From contig CAYPMM010000007.1 of NCBI GenBank assembly GCA_964412115.1, forward strand, positions 1 through 36,500: 36,500 bases of DNA, given 5' to 3'. Both the position numbers and the translations under genes were made by a program. The first letter of the stretch is position 1. Every line of letters starts with the position of its first letter. Shown in pieces: positions 17,796 through 26,470 of the stretch. Source of the DNA: an uncultured Candidatus Saccharibacteria bacterium. GTDB lineage: Bacteria > Patescibacteriota > Minisyncoccia > HO2-45-28. The notes under the pieces were generated by a model that made no database searches, was not told the origin of the DNA, and saw only the letters and a program-made list of their open reading frames with translations.

Positions 17796-19616
17796 ATGGC
17801 ATTAAAAGATTTATTCGGAAAAAAAGAGGAGAAGGCGGGCGATGAAATTATCGCCATAGAGCCATCGCAAATTTACGAGGCGGCGGTTTTGGAATTAAAA
17901 GACGTAATCGCGCCTTCAGCCCTTGAAGTAAATTCAAACTTCGTAAAAATCGGGGAAAAGACCGCCCGCACTCTTTTTGTTTTTTCATATCCGAGATTTC
18001 TGGCCATAAATTGGTTTTCACCAATCATAAATTTGGACAAGGTTTTTGATATATCGCTTTACGTCCACCCAATGGACACCGCCTCCGTTTTGAGACAACT
18101 GCAAAAAAAAGTGGCCGAGGTCCAGTCGCAGATACACATGCGCGAAGAAAAAGGGCTGGTCAGAGACCCGATGCTGGATGCAGCTCATCAAAATCTTGAG
18201 GAATTAAGAGATAAGCTCCAGCAGGCGCAGGAAAAATTATTTTCTTTTGGACTTTACATCACCATTTACGCCGACACTCTTGAAGAGCTGGACCGCGAGG
18301 AGTCGGAGATAAGGTCAATGCTTGAATCAAAACTGATTTACGCCAAACCGGCCTTGTTTCAGCAAAGCGACGGGCTGCTTACCGTGTTCCCTCTCGGATA
18401 TGACAAGATAGGCATAAACTCCAAGCTTAATTCTTCTCCAATTTCAAGCCTGTTTCCATTCGTATCGTTTGATTTAACCTCAAATAAAGGAATCCTTTAC
18501 GGAGTCAACCGGCACAACAACAGTCTGGTTCTTTTTGACCGCTTTAGTTTGGAAAATTATAACTCGGTAATTTTTGCCAAGTCCGGCGCCGGAAAAAGCT
18601 ACGCCACGAAATTGGAAGTGGTGCGTTCGCTTATGTTTGATACCGACGTTATAGTCATTGACCCCGAGCGCGAATACGAATACTTGGCCGAAGCGGTTGA
18701 CGGCCGGTATTTCAGCATTTCGCTTTCTTCCCCGCATCACATCAACCCGTTTGACCTGCCCAAACCCAGAGAAGATGAAGATCCGGCCGATGTTTTGCGT
18801 TCAAATATCATCAATCTGGTCGGGCTTTTCAGGATAATGCTCGGCGGGCTCACTCCCGAAGAAGACGCGGTGCTTGACCGGGCGATAACCGAAACCTACG
18901 CCTCGCGCGACATAACGCCCGATTCAGATTTTTCTTCCAAAATTCCGCCGATACTCTCCGACCTTGAATTGGTTTTGGCCAACATGGAGGGGGGCGAGGG
19001 ACTCGCGCAAAAAATGCGCAAATACACCCAGGGCACGTGGGCCGGATTCATAAACCAGCCGACCAATGTTGATATCAATAAAAAAATGGTCGTTTTTTCG
19101 GTAAGAGACATGGAAGACGAACTAAGGCCGGTCGCGATGTATTTGGTGGTCCACCACATTTGGAACGCGGTGCGCAAAACAATCAAAAAAAGAATTCTGG
19201 TCATTGACGAGGCCTGGTGGATTATGAAAGAAGAACAGGGCGCGTCATTTTTATTCAGCATAGCCAAGCGCGCGCGAAAATATTTCTTGGGGGTCGCGAC
19301 CATAACCCAGGATGTCGGCGATTTTCTGCGCTCGCCTTACGGCATACCAATAATTACCAACTCTTCAATTCAGATACTTTTGAAGCAGTCGCCGGCAACG
19401 ATTGACCTGGTGCAAAAAACCTTTAATCTCACCGACGAAGAAAAGTTTTTGATACTTGAATCCGACGTCGGCGAGGGACTGTTTTTCGCGGGGTTAAAAC
19501 ATGTCGCGATAAAAATAATAAGCTCGTATACCGAGGATCAGATAATAACTTCGGACCCGCATCAGCTGCTCGCGATTAAAAAAGCGAAGCAGGAAATTAA
19601 TCCCGAAAATAAATAA
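17796..19616 (+). CDS. virB4: VirB4/TrsE/PrgJ-type T4SS ATPase
   Basis: 606 aa with Walker A KSGAGKSY and Walker B RILVIDEAWW. Confidence 0.85.
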   Translation: MALKDLFGKKEEKAGDEIIAIEPSQIYEAAVLELKDVIAPSALEVNSNFVKIGEKTARTLFVFSYPRFLAINWFSPIINLDKVFDISLYVHPMDTASVLRQLQKKVAEVQSQIHMREEKGLVRDPMLDAAHQNLEELRDKLQQAQEKLFSFGLYITIYADTLEELDREESEIRSMLESKLIYAKPALFQQSDGLLTVFPLGYDKIGINSKLNSSPISSLFPFVSFDLTSNKGILYGVNRHNNSLVLFDRFSLENYNSVIFAKSGAGKSYATKLEVVRSLMFDTDVIVIDPEREYEYLAEAVDGRYFSISLSSPHHINPFDLPKPREDEDPADVLRSNIINLVGLFRIMLGGLTPEEDAVLDRAITETYASRDITPDSDFSSKIPPILSDLELVLANMEGGEGLAQKMRKYTQGTWAGFINQPTNVDINKKMVVFSVRDMEDELRPVAMYLVVHHIWNAVRKTIKKRILVIDEAWWIMKEEQGASFLFSIAKRARKYFLGVATITQDVGDFLRSPYGIPIITNSSIQILLKQSPATIDLVQKTFNLTDEEKFLILESDVGEGLFFAGLKHVAIKIISSYTEDQIITSDPHQLLAIKKAKQEINPENK

Positions 19617-19618
19617 AA

Positions 19619-19996
19619 ATGGCCGAACAAAATCAAATTGAAAACGAGCGCGCTTTAAATCTTTTGGAATCGCGGAAAAACGGCGGCTCCGCGGAAAAAA
19701 ACGCGCCCGCGGGCTCAAACGTGGGAAAGTCCGAATTCGGACTGATGGTTGGTTTTGCTTCGTTTTGCGATTTAATTAGCCAGATACCCGGAGTCGGCTT
19801 TATAATAGACGGTATGGCGTGGTTTACGATATTCGCGTGGACCCAGACCCGCGGACTGAAAAAACCTCAAATTTTTCATCTAAGCGGGGCGGGCGGATTC
19901 ATCCCTTTTTTGCCGGCCTATACCGGAATGGTGGTGTTTTTATATTTTTACAATGATAACCCCCAATTCAGGGCGTTTTTCGGAGGAGAAACATGA
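19619..19996 (+). CDS. Small membrane protein, hypothetical
   Basis: 125 aa with 2-3 hydrophobic segments, in the operon. Confidence 0.5.
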   Translation: MAEQNQIENERALNLLESRKNGGSAEKNAPAGSNVGKSEFGLMVGFASFCDLISQIPGVGFIIDGMAWFTIFAWTQTRGLKKPQIFHLSGAGGFIPFLPAYTGMVVFLYFYNDNPQFRAFFGGET

Positions 19997-20997
19997 AAAA
20001 TAAATTTTTATCAATAATAATTTTTCTGGCTTTTCTGGCGGTCTTGCCCGTTTCGGCGCAAGTTGATTTTGGTTTGGACGTGAATAACTTTTTCATTGAA
20101 CTGCGTCCAACCGACGCTCCGGGCCCGAATCAAAATATAACCGCGAGACTTTCAACAACTTCGTTTGATCTCAACGGGGCAAGAATAACCTGGACCCATA
20201 ACGGGAGAGTTTTGGCCCAAGGAACAGGGGTGAGAGAGTATAACTTCACGACCGGCCCTCTTGGCTCAAGAGAAAGACTTGCTGTTTCGGCGACAGACAC
20301 CAACGGATTGCGCCATGACACGGAATTGTCGTTTATCGTCTCCGACATTGCCATGCTGTGGCAAACCGACACTTCAATTCCTTATTGGTATAAAGGCAAG
20401 GCGCTGGCATCTCCAAAGTCGGCTGTGACCGTAAGCGCGTTTCCGGAGTTAATATCGGGCGGAAGAAAAATCCCCTCGTCGGGTTTGATTTTCCGATGGT
20501 CTTTAGATGATGATTTTAAACAATCGCAGTCGGGGACCGGAAAAGACACCTTCCGGTTCGGCGCCGGATTTTCTTCGGGTTTGGCGCATAGCGTAAGTCT
20601 TGAAGTTTCAAATATCGCAGGCGATATAACCGCCAAAAAATCGGTCGGTATAAATATTGGGGACCCAAAAGTTTTAATTTACGAATACGACCCGCTTTTG
20701 GGGACGAAAAACAATTCGGCTTTCGGCGGACAAAGAAGCGGTGTTATTTTTGCCGGGGAGGAAAAATCGTTCATGGCCCATCCGTTTTTCTTTTCGCGGC
20801 AAAACGGAGGAACGGAAAAACTTGAATACTTGTGGGGCGTTAACGGCCGCGACGCCGACCCCGGAGAGCCGTTTAATATATTGCGCCTGAAAACAACCTC
20901 GGACGCTCTGGGTCTGTCAACAATCGGGGTTCTTATAAAAAACACGGCGAACATATTACAAGAAGCAAGGCAAAGTTTTCAAATAGATGTTTTATAA
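19993..20997 (+). CDS. Secreted beta-rich hypothetical protein
   Basis: 334 aa with a signal peptide (AVLPVSAQ). 4-nt overlap with the upstream gene. Confidence 0.55.
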   Translation: MKNKFLSIIIFLAFLAVLPVSAQVDFGLDVNNFFIELRPTDAPGPNQNITARLSTTSFDLNGARITWTHNGRVLAQGTGVREYNFTTGPLGSRERLAVSATDTNGLRHDTELSFIVSDIAMLWQTDTSIPYWYKGKALASPKSAVTVSAFPELISGGRKIPSSGLIFRWSLDDDFKQSQSGTGKDTFRFGAGFSSGLAHSVSLEVSNIAGDITAKKSVGINIGDPKVLIYEYDPLLGTKNNSAFGGQRSGVIFAGEEKSFMAHPFFFSRQNGGTEKLEYLWGVNGRDADPGEPFNILRLKTTSDALGLSTIGVLIKNTANILQEARQSFQIDVL

Positions 20998-21790
20998 AAC
21001 ACTTTACACATTATTAATAATTGTAATAGCGTTCGTTTTTGTCGTCGGACCGGTTTTGGTCTTTGCCGAAACTAGCGCAACGATAGGCGGACAACAACAG
21101 GAAAAGCCGCCGGAAATACCCGCATGGACTACTGCCAAGGGCGGTTTTATAACATTCCTGCAGTGGCTTTTTCCGGTGATGATTGCCGCAGCGGCGGTTG
21201 TCGCCACCCTTTCTATTATATTTGCCGGTTTTCAGTGGATGGCCGGAGCCATCTCGCCTCCGCAGGTGGAAGCAGCCAAAAACCGTATATCGGCCGCCGT
21301 TTTGGGTCTAGCCGTCGCTCTCGGCTCGTGGTTAATTTTGAATACAATAAATCCTGTTTTCACCAACCCAACAGCGCCGGTTGGATTTACGCTCCAATGC
21401 CCCGGCGGAGTATGCCCGAGCTGGACGGATGTTTTGTTTGGAGCGCCTGGCACCGTAGATTTGACACCTAAACCGCTAGGCGACCTTGGGGGCTCCGCTC
21501 AGAAATTCGTTGGATCTCCGGGTGGACAAGAACAAACAAATGCCGCAAACAATTTTGAAAACGTCGTGTGTCCCGGCAGGGGGCAAGAGGCTGTTAAAAA
21601 TCCATCGGGATCAGGCGCTGTGTGTGTTGAACCAACAAATGGCAACACCAAACTAAGAGTAAAACAAATAAACTGCATCAACTCGTACCAGGCGATGGAG
21701 CTTAAAAAATTGGGAATAGTGCAGTCCGCCCCCGAACGGCTTCCTGCGGGATGCGAAAAAATATTAGATGAGTTTGTAGATATCCCATGA
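20987..21790 (+). CDS. TrbC/VirB2-like pilin with a long Cys-containing C-terminal extension
   Basis: 267 aa with a signal anchor plus a two-TM hairpin (..FAGFQWMAG..LGLAVALGSWLILNTINP), followed by about 130 aa containing 6 Cys. Confidence 0.55.
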   Translation: MFYKTLYTLLIIVIAFVFVVGPVLVFAETSATIGGQQQEKPPEIPAWTTAKGGFITFLQWLFPVMIAAAAVVATLSIIFAGFQWMAGAISPPQVEAAKNRISAAVLGLAVALGSWLILNTINPVFTNPTAPVGFTLQCPGGVCPSWTDVLFGAPGTVDLTPKPLGDLGGSAQKFVGSPGGQEQTNAANNFENVVCPGRGQEAVKNPSGSGAVCVEPTNGNTKLRVKQINCINSYQAMELKKLGIVQSAPERLPAGCEKILDEFVDIP

Positions 21791-22950
21791 ACAAACCACT
21801 TGCCATCGGACTTATAATCTTCTTCATACTCGTAATCGCCGGCGGGGCGGTTTGGCTTGCGGTAAGGCCGGAACAGGAAGTTGAAACAACGGAGCGCGGA
21901 GCGATTTTGAGATTTCCGTTCGGGCTATTCGGGGGCGGGGAGGAAGAGACGCCTACAATAACAACCCCGACAACGACGGAGCCAGAGGAAAAACCGGCTC
22001 TTTTGCTTCTTGACTCCGGACCGGTTGAAAGCTTTGCCATAACCAAAAACGGCGTAAGATACGTTTTAAAACAAGACGGTCACGTCTCCAACATCGGACC
22101 CAGAGGAGAGGAACAAACACGCGTATCTAACACCACCATCACCGGAATTTTTGATGCCGCATGGTCTTCAGATGCGTCAAAAACAATTCTCAAATATTTA
22201 GAAGGCGGAAACATAAGAACGGTATCGGCTGAATTCGTATCAACTTCAACCAGGGCGGTTGTCCTCCCGCAAAACATAATCTCATTTTCTTTCGCTCCAA
22301 ACCAAGACCGTATCGCTTATCTTATTCCGACATCGGCCGGCGCCCGGCTTATTACTGCAAATACCGACAACACGAAACAAACCGAGCTCGCAAATCTGCC
22401 GTTTAAAGATTTTGATATATTCTGGCCGGAAAACAACTTCACATATTTCTTAAGCCGTCCTTCCGGCTCGGCCGGGGGCTTCCTTTTTAAATACGGCATT
22501 TCAAGCGGAGCTCTGGACAAAATCCTGGACAATTTAGCCGGACTGCAAATAAAGTTTTCGCCCGACGGACAAAAACTTGTTTATTCGGCATTTGACGCCC
22601 AATTTCAGCAGTCTCGCCTGTTTATTTACGATATTAAATCAAAAGAGGCGTCTAATCTGCAAACACCCGGACTTGCCGGTAAATGCTCTTTTTCGGCAAG
22701 CGGAAAAAACAAAATTTATTGCGGGCTTGACCGCAATCCCGCGCCGGCCGTCTATCCTGACGACTGGATGCAAGGCTCCGTATCAACGAATGACCTGTTT
22801 TGGGAAATTGACCTTGTAACCGGCCGCAGAGAACAGCTAACCGACCGCGGATTTGATATAAAACAGACGGAGTTATCCGAAGACGGCCGATTTATTTATT
22901 TCTTAGAAAAAAATAACGGCTCTTTATGGAGCCTGAAAATTAGCGATTAG
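21787..22950 (+). CDS. Membrane-anchored TolB-like PD40 beta-propeller protein
   Basis: 387 aa with an N-terminal TM helix and PD40-like repeats (FSPDGQKLVYSA, LSEDGRFIYF). Confidence 0.6.
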   Translation: MNKPLAIGLIIFFILVIAGGAVWLAVRPEQEVETTERGAILRFPFGLFGGGEEETPTITTPTTTEPEEKPALLLLDSGPVESFAITKNGVRYVLKQDGHVSNIGPRGEEQTRVSNTTITGIFDAAWSSDASKTILKYLEGGNIRTVSAEFVSTSTRAVVLPQNIISFSFAPNQDRIAYLIPTSAGARLITANTDNTKQTELANLPFKDFDIFWPENNFTYFLSRPSGSAGGFLFKYGISSGALDKILDNLAGLQIKFSPDGQKLVYSAFDAQFQQSRLFIYDIKSKEASNLQTPGLAGKCSFSASGKNKIYCGLDRNPAPAVYPDDWMQGSVSTNDLFWEIDLVTGRREQLTDRGFDIKQTELSEDGRFIYFLEKNNGSLWSLKISD

Positions 22951-22965
22951 TTTTTCGGATTTGAT

Positions 22966-23430
22966 TTAAAGCGGCTTAATTACCACCCTTCTTTCCATGC
23001 CTTCGCCGGTGCTTTGGGTTGATATATCCGGATACTCGGTAAGAGTGGCATGCACTATCCTTCGTTCGTAAGAAGTCATCGGGCGCATTTCAACTTCTTT
23101 TTTAAAATAACGCACCCGCTGGGCCGACAAGCGAGCCAAATCTTTCAGCTCGTCCATTTTTTGTTTTTGATAATCGTTGACGTCAACGGAAAACATCAAA
23201 TCGCCGGATTCGGAAGAAAATTCCCGTTCGGCCATTTTGCGCACGATGTGATTGAGCGCCTTAAGCCTCTCCCCGTCTTCGCCGATTAAAATTCCGCCGT
23301 CTCTGGTGTGAATGGTGAAGAAAAGGTTTTCCGGATATTCAATAAAATCCACCGAGCCGGAACAGCCCATCCGGTCAATAATGTTTTGAATCAGGGTTTG
23401 GATTTTCTTTGTTGTTTCCTCCGAAATCAT
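22966..23430 (-). CDS. jag: Jag/KhpB-like KH + R3H RNA-binding protein
   Basis: Start placed at MISEETTK. The track ORF runs to 23478. KH-like ILIGEDGERLKALNHI and an R3H region at the C-terminus. Canonical position after yidC. Confidence 0.8.
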   Translation of the reverse strand: MISEETTKKIQTLIQNIIDRMGCSGSVDFIEYPENLFFTIHTRDGGILIGEDGERLKALNHIVRKMAEREFSSESGDLMFSVDVNDYQKQKMDELKDLARLSAQRVRYFKKEVEMRPMTSYERRIVHATLTEYPDISTQSTGEGMERRVVIKPL

Positions 23431-24151
23431 AAATATTTTTTGCTTTTCTGCGCACAGCCCATTCGTGCACAATAGCAAAAAGGTTGAGCGTTGTCCAATA
23501 TAGGGCCACCGCGGAGGGAAAACGGGTGGCGATAAAAAAAATGAAAATCGGCATGAAATAAGTCATCTGCCAGCCGAGCATTTTGCCGAAATCGGGCGCG
23601 TCTTTGGTGTGAGCCTGCTTTTGCGCGGCCTGCGGAATTTGGGCCAGTTTAATCTGCGCGAACTGCGACAGAGCCGCCAATGCCGCGAGAACAACGCTTC
23701 CCTGTCCGAGGTCAACTAACCCCAAAAACAAAGAGTTGGTGTGAGATGGGACCGAAATGAAGCCGTAGAGATACGACGGGTCAATTTGAACGCTCGCTCG
23801 AAAAACAAGATAGAGCGCTATCAAAATCGGGAGCTGAAAAAATAAAAGCAAAAAACCGGAAAACGGGTTTATGCCGTGGGCCTTGTAAAGTTCCATGGTG
23901 CGCCTGGCTTGTTCTTCGCGGTCTTTGAAATCGTTTTTTATTTTTTTAATTTCCGGCTCGATTTCTTTCATTTTATTCTGTGTTTTTATCGAGCGGTGGG
24001 TGAGCGGAAAAATCGCGAGTCTGACCGCAATCGTAAGAATTATGACCGCGAGCCCCAAGTCGTTTGACGGCAGGACGTCAGTCAAAAACGCCAGAGCGTT
24101 TAAAAGCGGCCGGTAAAAAATCTCGTTAAAAAGAAAAGAAAACCAGGACAT
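23375..24151 (-). CDS. yidC: Membrane protein insertase YidC/Oxa1, short form
   Basis: 258 aa with typical YidC core helices, in the rpmH-rnpA-yidC-jag order. Confidence 0.93.
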   Translation of the reverse strand: MSWFSFLFNEIFYRPLLNALAFLTDVLPSNDLGLAVIILTIAVRLAIFPLTHRSIKTQNKMKEIEPEIKKIKNDFKDREEQARRTMELYKAHGINPFSGFLLLFFQLPILIALYLVFRASVQIDPSYLYGFISVPSHTNSLFLGLVDLGQGSVVLAALAALSQFAQIKLAQIPQAAQKQAHTKDAPDFGKMLGWQMTYFMPIFIFFIATRFPSAVALYWTTLNLFAIVHEWAVRRKAKNIYDFGGNNKENPNPDSKHY

Positions 24152-24165
24152 TTTTATTTTATATT

Positions 24166-24507
24166 TTAATCGCGATTCGCGGTTTTAAACGCCTTCCTTA
24201 AGCCTTCTTCCAGTTCGGCAAAACCAAGACGGACCGCTTCCGGGCGCGTATAAACGACTATGTCAAAACATTCGTCGTAACCGGAAATAATTTTTTTTAT
24301 CGCTTCGCTTATTTGACGGCGCAGTTTATTTCTCGCCACCGCGCGTTTATCCGTTTTTTTAGAAACAATTACCGCCGTTTTACAAACCCCGGGCGCGGAT
24401 TTTTTAAGATATACGACAAAGCCATTGCCGGCAAATCTGTTTCCGCGGCTAACCACCGCGTTTATCGCCTCACCGGAACTCAGGCGATTTTTCCGCGCGA
24501 ATGCCAT
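24166..24507 (-). CDS. rnpA: RNase P protein component
   Basis: 113 aa, basic, with ARNKLRRQISEA, immediately downstream of rpmH. Confidence 0.85.
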   Translation of the reverse strand: MAFARKNRLSSGEAINAVVSRGNRFAGNGFVVYLKKSAPGVCKTAVIVSKKTDKRAVARNKLRRQISEAIKKIISGYDECFDIVVYTRPEAVRLGFAELEEGLRKAFKTANRD

Positions 24508-24509
24508 TA

Positions 24510-24647
24510 TCAGACTGTGAGCTTCTTCCGGCCTTTTCTCCTTCGGTTTTTTAAAACCCGCCGCCCTCCGGCGGACCTTGACCGTTTGAGAAATCCGTGG
24601 ACTCTTTTCCTTTTCCGTCGTTTTGGCTGATAGGTTCTTTTTGGCAT
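24510..24647 (-). CDS. rpmH: 50S ribosomal protein L34; below the ORF-track cutoff
   Basis: Manual translation gives [45 protein letters not shown]. The TGA stop lies 2 nt before the rnpA ATG. Confidence 0.93.
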   Translation of the reverse strand: MPKRTYQPKRRKRKRVHGFLKRSRSAGGRRVLKNRRRKGRKKLTV

Positions 24648-24896
24648 GTTAAATTATAAATCTTTATGAATAATAAGGCTTAATTGCTATGGATTGCGCG
24701 CATGGCACGCAGCCTTCGCGCCAATTTATTAAAAAAAACAAAAAAAAAATACTTGAACAATATTCACAGCGCGTCCACAGCTTATTAACATTAGTATTAA
24801 GGTTTAGTAAAAATTACGGTGTTCGCAAACTGAAAGCATCGGGGATATAATATGACTATTGTTTTTAAAAAGTTTTCTTAAAATAAATTTAATTTC
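24648..24896. promoter_or_regulatory. rpmH-dnaA divergent spacer with degenerate DnaA boxes and A-tracts
   Basis: ATATTCACA (24760-24768), GCGTCCACA (24771-24779), A8CA10 tract, TATAAT at 24846-24851. Confidence 0.4.
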
Positions 24897-26258
24897 ATGA
24901 CCAACGAAGAGCTTTGGAGGGAAATCCTCGGTGAATTGGAATTGACGGTTTCAAAAGCCAATTTCGCGACATGGTTTCAAAATACTTTCATTGCCGACCA
25001 GTCAGAAGGAAAAATAACCGTAGGAACGCCCTCGGCTTTCGTCAAAGAATGGCTTGAAGATAAATATCAAAAAAATATCCTAAGATTCCTGCGTCTGCGC
25101 TCTCCCGAGGTGCGCTCGGTGGAATTTAGAATAGCGTCAAAAGAAGCTCCCCAGAACAAAAAAACGGCCGAAACCCGGCCGGCGGAGGAACAAATGGATT
25201 TCCGCGAAATATACACCGACCGCGAAACCAATCTCAATCCCCGCTATACCTTTGATAATTTTATTGTCGGCGTATTCAACGAACTGGCGCATGCTTCGGC
25301 TTTGTCGGTGATAAATAATCTCGGAACTCTCTATAATCCGCTTTTTATCTACGGCGGCGTTGGGCTGGGCAAAACCCACCTTATGCAGGCGATAGGGAAT
25401 AAAATAAAATCCGGCCGGCCGGACAAAAAAGTCTTCTATTTAAGCGCCGAGAGGTTCGCCAATGAGCTGGTGTCGGCCATCAGAAACAACGAAACCGGAT
25501 TTTTTAAAGATAAATACCGATCCTACGATGTTATGATCCTTGACGACATCCAATTCATATCAAGCCGCGGAGCATCCACTCAGGAAGAAATCTTCCACAC
25601 TTTCAACACGATGTATCAGGCAAACAAGCAGATAATATTTTCTTCAGACCGGCCGCCGAAATCAATTTCCAACATAGAAGACCGGCTTAGGTCGCGTTTT
25701 GAGGGCGGAATGATAGCCGACATAGCCGAGCCTGACTATGAAACACGGCTGGCAATACTTCAGTCAAAAGCTGCCGAAAAACAGGAATACCGTCCGTCTC
25801 TTGAGGTATTGGAACACATAGCCGCGAGCGTTCAGTCCAACATAAGAGAGCTTGAGGGTTCGCTTAATTCCATAATAGCGAGATCAAAAATCAGAAAACG
25901 GCCGTTGGGATTGCCGGAGGTTAAAGAAATACTAATTAAAAACGAGAAACCGAAAAAGACTTTAAGCGCCCAGCAGATAATAAGGAAAATCGCCCAGTTT
26001 TACGAGATACCCGAAAAAAATCTTTTTGAAAAAACAAGAAGAAAAGAGGTGGTCAAACCAAGGCAAATAGCGATGTATCTTTTGCGTGAAGACTTTAACG
26101 GTTCTTTTCCTTATATCGGCAAGAAGTTCGGGGGACGCGACCACACGACAGCTATACACGCTTACGCTAAAATAACCGGCGATTTAAAAAAGGACGACCG
26201 ATTAAAAGAGGAAATGAAAATAATCAGAAACCAATTATATGAAGAAGAAAAACAGTGA
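24897..26258 (+). CDS. dnaA: Chromosomal replication initiator DnaA
   Basis: 453 aa with AAA+ Walker A GGVGLGKTHL and a C-terminal DnaA-box binding domain. Confidence 0.97.
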   Translation: MTNEELWREILGELELTVSKANFATWFQNTFIADQSEGKITVGTPSAFVKEWLEDKYQKNILRFLRLRSPEVRSVEFRIASKEAPQNKKTAETRPAEEQMDFREIYTDRETNLNPRYTFDNFIVGVFNELAHASALSVINNLGTLYNPLFIYGGVGLGKTHLMQAIGNKIKSGRPDKKVFYLSAERFANELVSAIRNNETGFFKDKYRSYDVMILDDIQFISSRGASTQEEIFHTFNTMYQANKQIIFSSDRPPKSISNIEDRLRSRFEGGMIADIAEPDYETRLAILQSKAAEKQEYRPSLEVLEHIAASVQSNIRELEGSLNSIIARSKIRKRPLGLPEVKEILIKNEKPKKTLSAQQIIRKIAQFYEIPEKNLFEKTRRKEVVKPRQIAMYLLREDFNGSFPYIGKKFGGRDHTTAIHAYAKITGDLKKDDRLKEEMKIIRNQLYEEEKQ

Positions 26259-26470
26259 TTAACTTTCGGAAATCCTGTGAAAAAAACCGTTTATGATTAA
26301 ACCCGTTTGCGGCGAACAAAAATAATTAAGGTTTTTCTAACTTCTTATCCACAAAAAACCGGTAAATATTTTTAATAAAAACAGTTTAAAAATAGGGCTT
26401 AAAATGTTTTTTCCACCTATTCACACCGATAACTACTTCAACAATTTATTAAATTAAATAAAATTATTAT
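26259..26470. promoter_or_regulatory. Candidate oriC segment (dnaA-dnaN spacer)
   Basis: Perfect TTATCCACA at 26345-26353, CTATTCACA at 26417-26425, and a very AT-rich stretch around 26360-26470. Confidence 0.5.

Noticed and set aside
24689-24850. 53-codon ORF (MDCAHGTQPSRQFIKKNKKK...) in the rpmH-dnaA spacer
   Set aside because: Its Lys runs come from A-tracts, it has no SD or nearby -10, and it spans the presumed dnaA promoter and DnaA-box region.
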